Shown here: positions 17,745 to 28,303 of the stretch, piece after piece
Numbering within the stretch: the stretch's first letter is position 1
How the letters are laid out: each line of letters opens with the position of its first letter
Origin: Acidobacteriota bacterium
Lineage (GTDB): Bacteria; Acidobacteriota; UBA6911; RPQK01; JAJDTT01
Assembly: GCA_965263035.1 (NCBI GenBank)
Contig: OZ253580.1
Location: 192,001 to 256,000, forward strand
DNA length: 64,000 nucleotides
Reading direction: 5' to 3'
Notes under the pieces: model-generated
Told to the model about the DNA's origin: nothing
The model's input: only the letters and a program-made list of their open reading frames with translations
The model's database searches: none
Program-made: the position numbers and the translations under genes

Positions 17745-17991
17745 TCCTCGTCCGTCCACCCTGAAGCGGCGACCTGGTAGATTTTTTCGATGGATAGCTG
17801 CGGTGTTCCCAGTCTTGCAAGCATGCCGAAGACGCTTGCCGCCAAGGTTCCGCGCTTCGGCCTCAGTTGCATGCGTCCGCCCGTCAGCAGATCGATGTCA
17901 AGCTTGTCGCCCGGACGCACCCCCAGATATTGAGCACCTCTTTGCGCAGGGTGATCTGCCCCTTGGCGGTCACTGTGAGCGTGATGGCCAT
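17741..17991 (-). pseudogene. AbrB/MazE/SpoVT antitoxin with 1-bp frameshift
   Basis: MAITLTVTAKGQITLRKEVL, then after the shift YLGVRPGDKLDIDL...GWTDEE*; span 251 nt (3n-1); stop overlaps vapC start (GTGA). Confidence 0.82.
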
Positions 17992-18025
17992 GGCTCCAAC
18001 TCCATTGAACTCTACCCGCAAAGTG

Positions 18026-18043
18026 TACGGCAGTTTTGCCTTA
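18026..18043. promoter_or_regulatory. Imperfect palindrome, probable TA autoregulatory operator
   Basis: TACGGCA-GTTT-TGCCTTA, 35 bp upstream of the antitoxin ATG. Confidence 0.5.
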
Positions 18044-18124
18044 TTTCAATCGATGCCCATACGGAGCGCCCCGACCCGGCATCCGCCGTCGGCTCCCGGA
18101 ACCTGCCGGCGCCCTCGCCGTCCC

Positions 18125-21100
18125 TCACTCCGATTCCGGCTGGGGATTCAACGTGACCCGCCAGAACCAGCCGTCCACCTGGACGAAGAGGACGTTGGGC
18201 TCCACCTCGATCACAGTGGAGTAGGAAGAACCCATCCTCTCCGCTACGGTGGCGGTCTCCCACGTCTTCCCCTCGTCTTCGCTGATGGCAAAACGCACCA
18301 AGGCGCCTCGCTCCCTGGGCTTCAGGTGGCTGCCGGCCGGGAACCGGAGTCCGTAGCTCAGCAGAACCCGGCCGTCGCGAAGCTTGAGGAGGGTGGGATC
18401 GCAGCCTCGGTCGAGGCCGGTGTAGACCGGTTCGCTCCAGGTCCTTCCCCAATCCTCGCTCCAACTGGCGTAAAGAGGTGTGAAGTGGCCGGTCCGCATG
18501 ACGCAGAGGAGCCGGCCGCCACCCAGATGCAGGAGAGACGGTTCGGTGAAGCCCTCGCCCACCGGATCTCCCGGCTTGGGTGCGGCGACGGTGGAATAGT
18601 AGTCCCAGGACCGCCCCTGGTCCTTGGAGATCAGGGTGAAGGTCCGCTGCTGGTAGTGGGTCTCCGACGAGCTGCGGCGGTCGGTGGGAGGCAGGCTGTC
18701 CTGTTCCAGGTTCCCCTCCATGGAGGTCAGGAGGGTCCCGTCCGGCATCTCCAACATGTCCCGATAGAAGTAGAGCCCGTACCATTCGTCCTTTTCCCGG
18801 GCCCTCGGCGGTCCCCCCGGAACCCGGATCACCGATTCCTCCTCTTGCAGTGTCGCCAGGTCGTCCCGCGAACGCCACGAGCGGACGGTATAGTTTCCGG
18901 GCGACTGGAAGTCGGCGGCCCCGCCCAGCACGAAGAAGTGCCCCTTGCGGACGTGAAAGACCCGCTCCGGAATGCGGAGGACCTCCTGCAGGGACGTCCC
19001 CTCGTGAGCCACGTAGGTCTTGCCGCCGTCCAGAGTCTTCTTGTCCCCGTAAAGATAGATGGTCCCGTCCGGCGCCTGGAAGGATCGGGCCCATCCCCCA
19101 TCTCCCCAGCCTCCCCCCGTTCCGTAACGCCGGATCGGCCCGACTTCCCGGATGAAGCTCGGTTCCGCTTCCGACGGCCCGACCGCTCCGGAGGTCCGCC
19201 GGCTGACCCGAACCTCGTCCACCAGGCCGACCAGTTGATTCCGGGGATCGCTCCGAGCCTCGTGGCGGTGGGTGATGAAGCGCCCTTCCAGGTCCTGTCC
19301 CACCCTCAGATCTGAGGCCAGGTAGAGCCCCACGGTCGGAGCCCTGCCGGGAGGGGTCAAGTGGCGCACGATCGACCGGTCGTAATAGAGGTGGGAGGTC
19401 CCTGCCATGAGCTGTCCCCCGCCGACCTGGACGCCGTCCAGGTAGAGGCGGACCCGCCCCTCGTCGTAGGTGGCCTCCATCAGGTGGAACCGATCGGTGA
19501 GGATGGAGACCGAACGGGACCGCACGGTCTGACCGTTGCAGACGAAGCGGAGGTCGCCGCCGTTGGGATTGAAGTCGAAGATGAGCTCTCCCGTGGCCGG
19601 GTCGCCCGTCCCGCGGTAGTTGCTGAACAGGCGCATGCGCCGTTTCAGGGCCGGTTTCACGCGGGCCGAGAGGGTAAATCGGGTGCCCAGATACCGGGTT
19701 CCGGGAATCTCAAGGGAGTCGTGGGTCTTCCCCTCCCCGAAGAACTCCGCCGCGCCGCTGCCGGAGGAGGCGGCTTCTCGATCCTGGACGATCCGGACCG
19801 AGTTGTGCAGCCGCACCTCCTGTCGTCCGTCTTCGGTCCGCTTGTCCCGGACCGAGCTCTCCGCGTCCCCCTCGAAATCGAGCAGGACGTCCAGAAGGGG
19901 CGATTGTTCCGCCGGCACAATGGGCCCGGCCGCCCGGAAGGAGAAGAGGGAGGCGTTCTGGAGGTAGAACCGGAGATGCGCGGGCCGCGCGGACTCCGGC
20001 CATCGGTCCCGTCCCTCCCAGCGGACGACCTGGTCGACGCCGTCGTCCTTCACGGGATCGCATTGGTCCTTGCCGAAACCGGGAATGACGTTTCCGGACG
20101 AGTCCAGCAACTCGACTCGCACCCAACCGCGGCGGGCGTCGGCATTCACCCGGAGAGGTCCGGCAAGACGACGCAGCCGGCGAGTGGTGAAAGAACCCAC
20201 CTGCTCTCCTGCATCCAAGGAAGCGAACCCGTCCTTGCGCAGGGTGGCCAGTCCGATGGCGCAATTCCCCCATCCTCCCGCCACCGGGCTCACATGAGTC
20301 TGGTCCGAGGCTCCGTAGAAGAGCTTGATCCCGTCCCCCTCGACCAGGGGCTGACTGGGAGTGTGCAACATGCCGTCGTCCCATCGGCCCGCCGCCCCCA
20401 ACTCCAGCAGGGGCGGCCGGTCTCCCTCTTCCCGCTTCCATTCGATACCGTCGCGGCTGCTCACCAACTCCACGTGGATGGTCCCGTCGTTGTGCCCGTC
20501 GTCGATCCGGAACACCCAGAGAAAACCCAGATACATGGATTCGTAGGCAAAGGCGGAGAGGCCGTAGAAGTCGGTGTGTTGCCGGTCGGCGGTCACCCAG
20601 CGGTCGTCCACGGCGTCGGGGACCAGGACCAGTTGGGTCGGAGGCCAATGCAGGAAATCGGTGGTGGCGGTCAGACCGATGGCCCGGCGCCGGTGCCCGC
20701 CGTTGGGCACGAAGATCTTGGCGTAACCCAGATAGCGCCCCTGGTGTGGGTCCCAGACGAAGTTGCCCACGTCTCCGGGGTCCGCAAACAGGGGTTGGTC
20801 CCGAATCGGGCTCCAATGGATGCCGTCGCCGGACCACGCCCCGTAGTAGCCGCTGACCCGGTGACGCGGATCGGTGCGGCCGTAATCGTAGTAGACCAGC
20901 TTGTATTCCTTCTCGGGATCCAGGTCCCAGGGGGTGTGGATCACCAGCGGAATGTGGCTTTCCCGCATCCGGTCCAGGAAGATGTTGTTGGCTCCCGAGC
21001 CCCGAAACCGGACGATCCCCAGGCCCGGCTTGGTCCAATGGACGCCGTCCCGGCTCTCTGCGTAGAGGTTGCGATACTGTTCCTTCGGGTCCGCATCCGG

Positions 21101-21418
21101 ATTCGCGGTGTGGTACCACATCCGGTAGCCCTGGCCGTCCGGGAGCGGGAGCACCGTCCCCAGCAGATACGCCACCTGTCCTTCCCAGGGACGGTCGGGC
21201 TTCAGGACCGGGTTGCCAGGGTGCTTTCGAAACGGGTGATAGCGGCGGACCAACCCCCGCTTCTCCTGAATCAGATGGTCGTCCACCACCAGCTCCCAAG
21301 GACCGGTCAGGTCGCCCAGAGACCGGAGGCTCGATGCCGCGGTGGACCCGACTACGAATCCGCTGGAGAGCAGGAGAGAAACGACAAGACCGGTTCCAGC
21401 CATTCCAGTAAGTCTCAA
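18125..21418 (-). CDS. Secreted multidomain glycosidase-like protein: GH32/43-like propeller + LamG-like domain + Asp-box sialidase-like domain
   Basis: Signal peptide; LVVDD, SRDGVHW, GLATLRKDGF; HLMEATYDEGRVRLYLDG, GLVDEVRV; Asp boxes SKDQGRSW, SEDWGRTW, SEDEGKTW. Confidence 0.75.
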   Translation of the reverse strand: MRLTGMAGTGLVVSLLLSSGFVVGSTAASSLRSLGDLTGPWELVVDDHLIQEKRGLVRRYHPFRKHPGNPVLKPDRPWEGQVAYLLGTVLPLPDGQGYRMWYHTANPDADPKEQYRNLYAESRDGVHWTKPGLGIVRFRGSGANNIFLDRMRESHIPLVIHTPWDLDPEKEYKLVYYDYGRTDPRHRVSGYYGAWSGDGIHWSPIRDQPLFADPGDVGNFVWDPHQGRYLGYAKIFVPNGGHRRRAIGLTATTDFLHWPPTQLVLVPDAVDDRWVTADRQHTDFYGLSAFAYESMYLGFLWVFRIDDGHNDGTIHVELVSSRDGIEWKREEGDRPPLLELGAAGRWDDGMLHTPSQPLVEGDGIKLFYGASDQTHVSPVAGGWGNCAIGLATLRKDGFASLDAGEQVGSFTTRRLRRLAGPLRVNADARRGWVRVELLDSSGNVIPGFGKDQCDPVKDDGVDQVVRWEGRDRWPESARPAHLRFYLQNASLFSFRAAGPIVPAEQSPLLDVLLDFEGDAESSVRDKRTEDGRQEVRLHNSVRIVQDREAASSGSGAAEFFGEGKTHDSLEIPGTRYLGTRFTLSARVKPALKRRMRLFSNYRGTGDPATGELIFDFNPNGGDLRFVCNGQTVRSRSVSILTDRFHLMEATYDEGRVRLYLDGVQVGGGQLMAGTSHLYYDRSIVRHLTPPGRAPTVGLYLASDLRVGQDLEGRFITHRHEARSDPRNQLVGLVDEVRVSRRTSGAVGPSEAEPSFIREVGPIRRYGTGGGWGDGGWARSFQAPDGTIYLYGDKKTLDGGKTYVAHEGTSLQEVLRIPERVFHVRKGHFFVLGGAADFQSPGNYTVRSWRSRDDLATLQEEESVIRVPGGPPRAREKDEWYGLYFYRDMLEMPDGTLLTSMEGNLEQDSLPPTDRRSSSETHYQQRTFTLISKDQGRSWDYYSTVAAPKPGDPVGEGFTEPSLLHLGGGRLLCVMRTGHFTPLYASWSEDWGRTWSEPVYTGLDRGCDPTLLKLRDGRVLLSYGLRFPAGSHLKPRERGALVRFAISEDEGKTWETATVAERMGSSYSTVIEVEPNVLFVQVDGWFWRVTLNPQPESE

Positions 21419-22185
21419 GACATCACCTCCCCCGCCGAGATGTCCACCGCCTGCCCCGTGATGGCCGCTCCCGAGGGCGACACCAGGAAGTAGACCAGAT
21501 CGGCCACCTCCTCGGGACGGATCATGGATCCCAAGGGGATCCCATCCAAAATGCGCCGCCGCATTGCTTCAAGGCTCAGACCCTCGAGGAGGGCGGTCTC
21601 CTGGAGGTCCTTGCGCGCCATGGACGTCCGCACCCAGCCGGGGCAGACGGCATTGACGGTGATCCTGCGGGGAGCCAGTTCCAGGGCCAGGGCACGAGTC
21701 ACGCCGATCACCCCATGCTTGGAAGCGCAGTAGGCACTGTACTCGGCCGCGCCCACCTTCCCCGAGATGGAGGAGATGTGGACGATACGGCCTCCGTCAT
21801 GGAAATGGGAAAGCGCCCGGTGAGTGCAGAAATAGACGCCGGTCAGATTGGTGGCCAGCACCTCATGCCAAGTCTCGTCCCCCGGCTCCAGAATGGGATT
21901 CCGTTTCGAGATTCCGGCGTTGTTCACCAGGATCCGGATCCGGCCCCATTCTCCGGTGACTGCCGAGACGAACTCCTCCACCTGCCGGCTGTCGCTGACA
22001 TCGCAGACCCGGGCCAGGACCGGGAACCCGCTCGCCGCCATCTCCCCGGCAGCGGCTTCGAGACCTTCCCGGTTGCGGTCGCAGATGGCGACCCGGGCGC
22101 CCTCACTACCGAGTTTCCAGGCGATGGCCCGGCCCATGCCCTCCGCCGCGCCCGTGACGACGGCCACCGCCGAATCCAATGCCAT
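21415..22185 (-). CDS. SDR-family oxidoreductase
   Basis: TGAAEGMG, NNAG, YCASK, VCPGWV.T; AGGAG RBS. Confidence 0.92.
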   Translation of the reverse strand: MALDSAVAVVTGAAEGMGRAIAWKLGSEGARVAICDRNREGLEAAAGEMAASGFPVLARVCDVSDSRQVEEFVSAVTGEWGRIRILVNNAGISKRNPILEPGDETWHEVLATNLTGVYFCTHRALSHFHDGGRIVHISSISGKVGAAEYSAYCASKHGVIGVTRALALELAPRRITVNAVCPGWVRTSMARKDLQETALLEGLSLEAMRRRILDGIPLGSMIRPEEVADLVYFLVSPSGAAITGQAVDISAGEVMS

Positions 22186-22306
22186 TCTGCCGCTCGACTC
22201 CTTCGCCGCTACGCTCCGGATCACTTGACAGACCGGCCCACAGAGTGCACAAGTAACAAGGTTTCCGGAAGCTATCAATCGAAATGAACCGAATCAAGGT
22301 AACGCC

Positions 22307-23641
22307 ATGACTGTCCTCGACGCCACTCGATCCAAGTCCGCCCAGGTGCTGGATTTCAACGAACGCTACATCCCCGGCGGCGTGGTTTCCATCGTCCGCA
22401 AGGCAGAGCCCGACCTCGCCTTCGCCCGGGGCCGGGGGGCCTATATTTGGGACGTGGACGGCAACCGCTACCTGGACTATCACGCGGCCTTCGCCCCCAT
22501 CGTCCTGGGCCACAACGACCCCTACGTCAACGAGGCGGTCCGAACGACCATTGACGGCGGCGCCAGTCTCTACGGGAGCGGGACCAACGAGTTGGAGGGC
22601 CGCTTGGCCGAGATGCTCTGCACCCACGTCCCGGCTGTGGAAATGGTGGAGTTCCTCAACACGGGCACCGAGGCCTCCATGGCTTCGGTGCGTCTGGCCC
22701 GGGCCGCGACCGGCCGCGACCACGTCATCGTCATGCAGGGAGGCTTCAACGGTTCCCACAACGACGTGGCCTGCAACGTGCTCACGCCACTGGACCAGAT
22801 CGGCCCTCGCGTTTCCCCCGGGGAGTACCGCTTTGTTTCGCTGGGACCCGGGGTCCCCGAAGCTCACGCCCAACTGGCGCACGTGATCAACTTCAACGAC
22901 CTGGATTCGGTCCGCTATGTCTGTGAGCGCCACGATGTGGCCGCACTGGTGACCGAGCCCATCCTGCAGAACATCGGCATCATGAAGCCGGTCCCCGGAT
23001 ACCTGGAAGGGCTCCGGGAACTGGCCGACGAGTACGGCTTCGTGCTCATCTTCGACGAGGTCAAGACCGGATTCCGATACTCCGTGGGAGGGTACAGCGA
23101 GGTCAGCGGCGTCCAGCCCGATCTCGTCTACTTCGCCAAGGCCGTGGCCAACGGCTATCCCTTTTCGGCACTGGGTGGAAAGAGGGAGCTTCTGGAACAT
23201 TTCGCTCATCCCGATCCCTCCAAGCGGCCCATCGTCTCGGGGACCTACAACGGCCATCCCGTCTCGGTGAGCGCCGCCATCGCCACCATAGAGCGACTGC
23301 TGGAAGGCGACGGCCAGGTGTACCGGTACATTGACCGGCTGGGACAACGATGCCAGGCCGGGATCGAGTCGATCCTGAGTTCCCGGGGAATCACCGGGAC
23401 CGTGGCTCGCCAAGGATCCGCCTTCTGCCTCTACCTGATGGATCACGAGCCGGTGGACTGGCACGATCTGGCCGGAAACCATGAATTCGAAACGGACCTG
23501 GCCATGCGGCGCGCCCTGATCGAGCGCGGAATCTACTTCTTCCCGGTGGCGACCAAGCAATGTTCCATCTCGGCGGCTCACACCGAGTCGGACATCGACC
23601 GCACGCTGGAGGCCCTGGACGCCGTCCTGTCCCAACTCTAG
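22307..23641 (+). CDS. Class-III aminotransferase (GSA-aminomutase-like)
   Basis: WDVDGNRYLD, NTGTEA, IFDEVKTGFR, FAKAVANG, SGTYNG. Confidence 0.88.
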   Translation: MTVLDATRSKSAQVLDFNERYIPGGVVSIVRKAEPDLAFARGRGAYIWDVDGNRYLDYHAAFAPIVLGHNDPYVNEAVRTTIDGGASLYGSGTNELEGRLAEMLCTHVPAVEMVEFLNTGTEASMASVRLARAATGRDHVIVMQGGFNGSHNDVACNVLTPLDQIGPRVSPGEYRFVSLGPGVPEAHAQLAHVINFNDLDSVRYVCERHDVAALVTEPILQNIGIMKPVPGYLEGLRELADEYGFVLIFDEVKTGFRYSVGGYSEVSGVQPDLVYFAKAVANGYPFSALGGKRELLEHFAHPDPSKRPIVSGTYNGHPVSVSAAIATIERLLEGDGQVYRYIDRLGQRCQAGIESILSSRGITGTVARQGSAFCLYLMDHEPVDWHDLAGNHEFETDLAMRRALIERGIYFFPVATKQCSISAAHTESDIDRTLEALDAVLSQL

Positions 23642-23668
23642 GTCGCGGGGGCGGATTCGACATCATCC

Positions 23669-25822
23669 ATGGATGTTCGCCACCGCTTCGCCGTCTGGTG
23701 CTGCCACTTGGCCCTCCTCTCCCCCCCGCTCTATTCCCAGGGAGGTGCGAGTGAGGCCTGCAGTTCGTGCCACCAGGAGATCTACGACTCCCACCTGAGC
23801 ACGGGAATGGGCCGTGCCTTCTCGCTCCCCGGCCCGGCCAACACGCTACGGGAAGATTTGCAGGAGGCGGCGTACTACCACCCGGCGTCCGACCGGCACT
23901 ACACGGTCGCCCGCAGGAACGGCTCCTACTATCTGAGCCGGCACCAGTTGAACGAGAAGGAAAAAATCATCAACCGGGTGGAGAAGGAGATCCACTACGT
24001 CCTGGGTTCCGGGAACCGGGGGCGGACCTATCTCCACCGGACCGCCTGGGGCGCTCTTTACCAGCTGCCTCTGGCCTGGTACGCGGAAGACGGCGGGCAA
24101 TGGGCCATGAGTCCCGGTTACGACCGCCCCGGCCACAAGGGGTTCAGCCGGCGGATCGACTACGCCTGCATGTTCTGTCACAACGCCTACCCGCAACTAC
24201 CACCGGGAGAGGATGCCAACGGCAAGGATCCTCTCTTCCCGGAAGAGCTCCCCAACGGCATCGACTGCGAGCGCTGCCACGGGCCTGGGAACGGCCACAT
24301 GAAGGCGGTTCGCAGCCGCGCCTCGAAGGAATCTATCCGCAATTCCATCGTGAATCCGGCCCGGCTCGATCCCCAACGACAGCTGGAGGTGTGCCTCCAG
24401 TGCCACCTGGAGTCCACCACCAAGGGACTGCCGGCCATGATCCGGAACTACGACCGGGGCGTCTTCTCCTACCGCCCGGGAGAACCGCTGGCGGACTACA
24501 TCCTTCACTTCGACGCTTCGGATCAGGAAGAGGCGGAGGAGCGGTTCGAGGTCAATCACGCCGGATACCGGTTCCTCAGGTCGGCCTGCTTTCAGGAAAG
24601 CGAAGGGCGGTTCACCTGCGTGACCTGCCATGATCCCCATCGGCCGGCGTCGGCGCCCGAGTCGCGGCGCGCCTCCCGGGACGCGTGCAATCGTTGTCAC
24701 GCCGGCCAGGTCGAACCACTGGTGGCAAGCGGAGAACACCCCGCGGACGAGGACTGCCTGGTCTGCCACATGCCCCGGCGCAGGACTCAGGACGTGGTCC
24801 ACGCCGTCATGACCGATCACCGGATCGCACGCCGGCCACCCGAGGGCGACCTCCTGGCGTCGCTGGCCGAATCCCACCAACAAGTCATCCGCGGAGAGGT
24901 CATCCTGTATTACCCGCAGGGTCCCGCCGAATCGCCGCAGGTGGAGCTCTACGAGGCGCTGGCTCAAGTCAAGCAGAAAGCCAACCTGAAGCCGGGTGTT
25001 CCCAGGCTGGAAAAGGCCCTGGAGGCTCAGCGCCCTCTCCAGCCCGGATTCTACTTCGAGCTGGGGGACGCCTATTTGTCGCAAACGAGGTTCGAGGACG
25101 CCGTCCGCCTCCATCAGGCAGCCCTGCGCAGACAGCGTGACTACCTGCCGGCCCTGCGCAACCAGTGGCTGGCGCTGTCGGGCCAGGGTTCGCTGGAGCA
25201 GGGTCTGACGGTGCTTCGAGACACCCTCGCGGTGAAGCCGGACGACACGGTCAGTCTGACGCAACTGGGCTACGCCCTGCTGGAATCGGGCCGTGCCGCG
25301 GAGGCCACCCAGGTGCTGGGGACGGCTCTCCGCCTGGATCCGGACCTCCCCGAGGCTCACAACAACCTGGGGTTGGCCCTCTCCCGCCAAAATTTCGGGC
25401 GCCAAGCCACGGAGGCTTTCCTGGAGGCCATCCGTTTGGAGCCCCATTTCGCCAGCGCGCACTACAATCTGGGACTTCAACAGTACGCGGAAAGAAGCGC
25501 CGGACCGGCCATCGCTTCTTTCCGCCGGGCCATTGCCCTGGCTCCGGAAATGGCCGCCGCCCACACCAACCTGGGAGTCGCGTTGGCGGCCACGGGAAAG
25601 CTGGAAGAGGCGCTCGAGGCCTTTCGCCGGGCGGTGGAGATCGAGCCGGATCTGCTGGCGGCCCAAGTCAACCTGGGCCTGTCTCTCGCTGCCCTGGGGC
25701 GGCTCCGGGAAGCGGCCGATGCCATCCGGACCGCCTTGAAGTTGAAGCCGGGCGACGAATTCCTGATGCAGCAGCTGGAGCAACTCGAAGCGAAAAACGG
25801 AAAGGAAAGCCGTTCACCATGA
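23669..25822 (+). CDS. Secreted multiheme cytochrome c with C-terminal TPR repeats
   Basis: Seven CxxCH motifs (CSSCH, CMFCH, CERCH, CLQCH, CVTCH, CNRCH, CLVCH); repeated AHNNLG/AHYNLG/AHTNLG TPRs. Confidence 0.9.
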   Translation: MDVRHRFAVWCCHLALLSPPLYSQGGASEACSSCHQEIYDSHLSTGMGRAFSLPGPANTLREDLQEAAYYHPASDRHYTVARRNGSYYLSRHQLNEKEKIINRVEKEIHYVLGSGNRGRTYLHRTAWGALYQLPLAWYAEDGGQWAMSPGYDRPGHKGFSRRIDYACMFCHNAYPQLPPGEDANGKDPLFPEELPNGIDCERCHGPGNGHMKAVRSRASKESIRNSIVNPARLDPQRQLEVCLQCHLESTTKGLPAMIRNYDRGVFSYRPGEPLADYILHFDASDQEEAEERFEVNHAGYRFLRSACFQESEGRFTCVTCHDPHRPASAPESRRASRDACNRCHAGQVEPLVASGEHPADEDCLVCHMPRRRTQDVVHAVMTDHRIARRPPEGDLLASLAESHQQVIRGEVILYYPQGPAESPQVELYEALAQVKQKANLKPGVPRLEKALEAQRPLQPGFYFELGDAYLSQTRFEDAVRLHQAALRRQRDYLPALRNQWLALSGQGSLEQGLTVLRDTLAVKPDDTVSLTQLGYALLESGRAAEATQVLGTALRLDPDLPEAHNNLGLALSRQNFGRQATEAFLEAIRLEPHFASAHYNLGLQQYAERSAGPAIASFRRAIALAPEMAAAHTNLGVALAATGKLEEALEAFRRAVEIEPDLLAAQVNLGLSLAALGRLREAADAIRTALKLKPGDEFLMQQLEQLEAKNGKESRSP

Positions 25823-26733
25823 GAGAAAGATTGCAGGGGGTGATCGCCAACATTCCCATGTGCTTCACCTCCGACTGGAGCATGGACGAGACCGCCCTCC
25901 GGAACAATATTCGCGCCTACCGGAGCGAGGGCCTGGAGGCCATGTATCTGTTGGGGACCAGCGGCGAGCTCTTCAACGTTTCTCCGGACGAATACCGGCG
26001 AGCCGTGCGGATCTTCGTCGAGGAGGCGGGACCGGAGACCCTGAAGGTGGTGGGGGCGACCTCGGTGCGCCTGGGAGGGATCTTGGAAACCGTCACCTGG
26101 CTGGCTGAAGCCGGCGCCGACGCGGTCCTGGCCATCCCGCCCCACTTCATTCCCCTGAGCGCCGAGGAGCGGACCGGAGCGCTGCGGGCCATCGCCCGGG
26201 CCTGCCCTTCCCTGGGAATCGTCCACTACAACACCAACTACGCCCCGGAGGTGAAATTCGAGCCTCGTGAATACGCGACCCTGCTGGACGTGCCTAACCT
26301 CTGGGGCACAAAGCAGGGACAGTTGACCCAAGGATTCTGGGACGGGCTGCAGGAACACTCCAGCTCCCTGCGGCATCTCAGCCTGGACGACTGGATGGTC
26401 CCCTCCATGAAGCAGGGCGGGTACGGCGCCTTCTCCCTCCTCACCAGTCTGGTCCCCCGATTCGCCCAAGCCTGGTACCAAACCTGCAAGGCCCGGGAGT
26501 GGGAACGTGCGGAGGAGATGCAGGTGGAATTCGACCGCTGCATGGACCAGCTCTACTGGCCGTTGAGCCGGCGCGGTTACACCGACGTGGCCGTGGACAA
26601 GGCGCTGATCGAAGGCTTCGGTTTTCTCCGGTCCAGCGCCCCCCGGCCGCCGCTGAAGCCGGTTTCGGAACCGGACCAGGAGTGGGCCCGAGAATTGATC
26701 CGGAGCGAAGGATACTTCCGAAACTTCACCTGA
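25819..26733 (+). CDS. Dihydrodipicolinate synthase/NanA-family class I aldolase
   Basis: LGTSGE, IVHYN, GTKQG Schiff-base Lys; ATGA overlap with upstream gene. Confidence 0.82.
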   Translation: MRERLQGVIANIPMCFTSDWSMDETALRNNIRAYRSEGLEAMYLLGTSGELFNVSPDEYRRAVRIFVEEAGPETLKVVGATSVRLGGILETVTWLAEAGADAVLAIPPHFIPLSAEERTGALRAIARACPSLGIVHYNTNYAPEVKFEPREYATLLDVPNLWGTKQGQLTQGFWDGLQEHSSSLRHLSLDDWMVPSMKQGGYGAFSLLTSLVPRFAQAWYQTCKAREWERAEEMQVEFDRCMDQLYWPLSRRGYTDVAVDKALIEGFGFLRSSAPRPPLKPVSEPDQEWARELIRSEGYFRNFT

Positions 26734-26776
26734 TTTATCACAAAATAAAATGCATCAGACCATCAGGCAGGACTGA

Positions 26777-28303
26777 ATGAATCTCAATCCCATCGACATC
26801 CTGGTCATCATCGCCTACATGGGAAGCCTCTCTCTCATCGGGATCTACTTTTCGCGCCGCCAGAAATCCCGCGACGAGTACTTCCTGGGGGACCGGAAGG
26901 TCTTCTGGTTTCTGGCCGGAGGCAGCGTTCTGGCCACCATCCTCTCCACCATCAGCTACCTCTCGGTCCCGGGAGAGGTGATCCGCTACGGTTTCGCCTA
27001 CTGCTTCGGCCTGATCGTGGCGCCGCTGGTGATCCCCATCGTGAACCGGATCCTCATCCCCACCATCAAGGGGCTCGAGATCACCAGCGCCTACGAGTAC
27101 GTGGACCGGCGATTCGACCGGAGCACCGGCAACCTGGCCTCCACCCTGTTCGTCTTCCGCACCCTGATCTGGTCCGGGATCATCATCTATACGGCCAGCT
27201 TCGCCTTCTCCGAGATCTCGGGCCTGGGCCTGTTCACCACCATCATCCTGCTGGGGGTCATCACCACCTTCTACACCAGCGTGGGAGGCTTTCGCACCGT
27301 CATCTGGACCGACAACCTGCAGCTCTGGATCCTGCTGGCGGGCGCGCTCTCCATTCCAATATACGTCTACTATCTGGTGGGGACGGGACCGATGGGGTGG
27401 TGGGAGACCTTCTCCGAAGCGGGACGGGGCGAGATGCAGATCTTCAGCTTCGATCCCACGGTCCGAATTACCATCGTCGGCATCATGCTCAACATCCTAT
27501 TCTGGAATATCTGCGCCAACGGCGGCGATCAGGTGGCGATCCAACGGTATCTGTCGACCCCTTCCATAAAAGCGGCGCAGCGCTCGGTCTGGGTCTATGC
27601 CTGGTCCAACGTGGTGCTCTACACCACCCTGGCCGTCTGCGGCCTGGCCCTGTTCGCCTTTTACGCCCATATCTCCAACCTGCCGGTGGCCGAGTTTCAG
27701 GCCAAGATCGCTCCCGAGGGCGACCGGCTCATGCCGCGCTTCATCGCCCAGCAACTTCCCACCGGAGTATCCGGCCTGGTCATGGCGGCCCTGCTTTCGG
27801 CGGCCATGTCCAGCCTCAGCTCGGCCATCAACTCCATCTCCGGCGTCCTGACGACCCATTTCGCCGATCGGCGGAACGACTCCCGGCGGGGTCTCCTGCT
27901 GGACAAGGGCGTGGCCGCGGGGGCCGGCGTGTTGGGGATCGGAGTGGCCGTCATCATCGCCGTGGTCATGAGCCGGACGGACTGGAACATCCTGGACCTG
28001 AGCGGCCGGGTCAACGACGTCTTCGTGGGCCCCATCGCCGTCCTTTTTTTCGGCGGCATCCTGTTTCGCAGGGTCGGCCCCCAAGCGATCCTGCTGGGCT
28101 TTTTCCTGGCCGCGTCCGTTTCCCTGTTCGTCAGCTTCAGCAAGGAATGGTTCGGGATGGAGAAGGCCATCTCCTGGATGTGGGGAATTCCCTTCTCCTT
28201 CACCTTGGGCATGATCGTGGCGGGACTGGGCGGATTTTTCTTTCGCAGTCCTTCGCCTGACCGGATCCAGGGCCTCACCTATGGGGATCGAAGGGCGCCA
28301 TGA
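26777..28303 (+). CDS. Sodium:solute symporter (SSS) family transporter
   Basis: EYFLG.R, SAYEY..RRF, GG..TVIWTD, DQVAIQRY, AAMSSLSS. Confidence 0.92.
   Translation: MNLNPIDILVIIAYMGSLSLIGIYFSRRQKSRDEYFLGDRKVFWFLAGGSVLATILSTISYLSVPGEVIRYGFAYCFGLIVAPLVIPIVNRILIPTIKGLEITSAYEYVDRRFDRSTGNLASTLFVFRTLIWSGIIIYTASFAFSEISGLGLFTTIILLGVITTFYTSVGGFRTVIWTDNLQLWILLAGALSIPIYVYYLVGTGPMGWWETFSEAGRGEMQIFSFDPTVRITIVGIMLNILFWNICANGGDQVAIQRYLSTPSIKAAQRSVWVYAWSNVVLYTTLAVCGLALFAFYAHISNLPVAEFQAKIAPEGDRLMPRFIAQQLPTGVSGLVMAALLSAAMSSLSSAINSISGVLTTHFADRRNDSRRGLLLDKGVAAGAGVLGIGVAVIIAVVMSRTDWNILDLSGRVNDVFVGPIAVLFFGGILFRRVGPQAILLGFFLAASVSLFVSFSKEWFGMEKAISWMWGIPFSFTLGMIVAGLGGFFFRSPSPDRIQGLTYGDRRAP

Noticed and set aside
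22225-22260. TTGACA upstream of the aminotransferase as a promoter
   Set aside because: No convincing -10 element at 16-18 nt spacing
22307-23641. Calling the aminotransferase hemL
   Set aside because: Context is catabolic with no heme-synthesis genes; only family-level support
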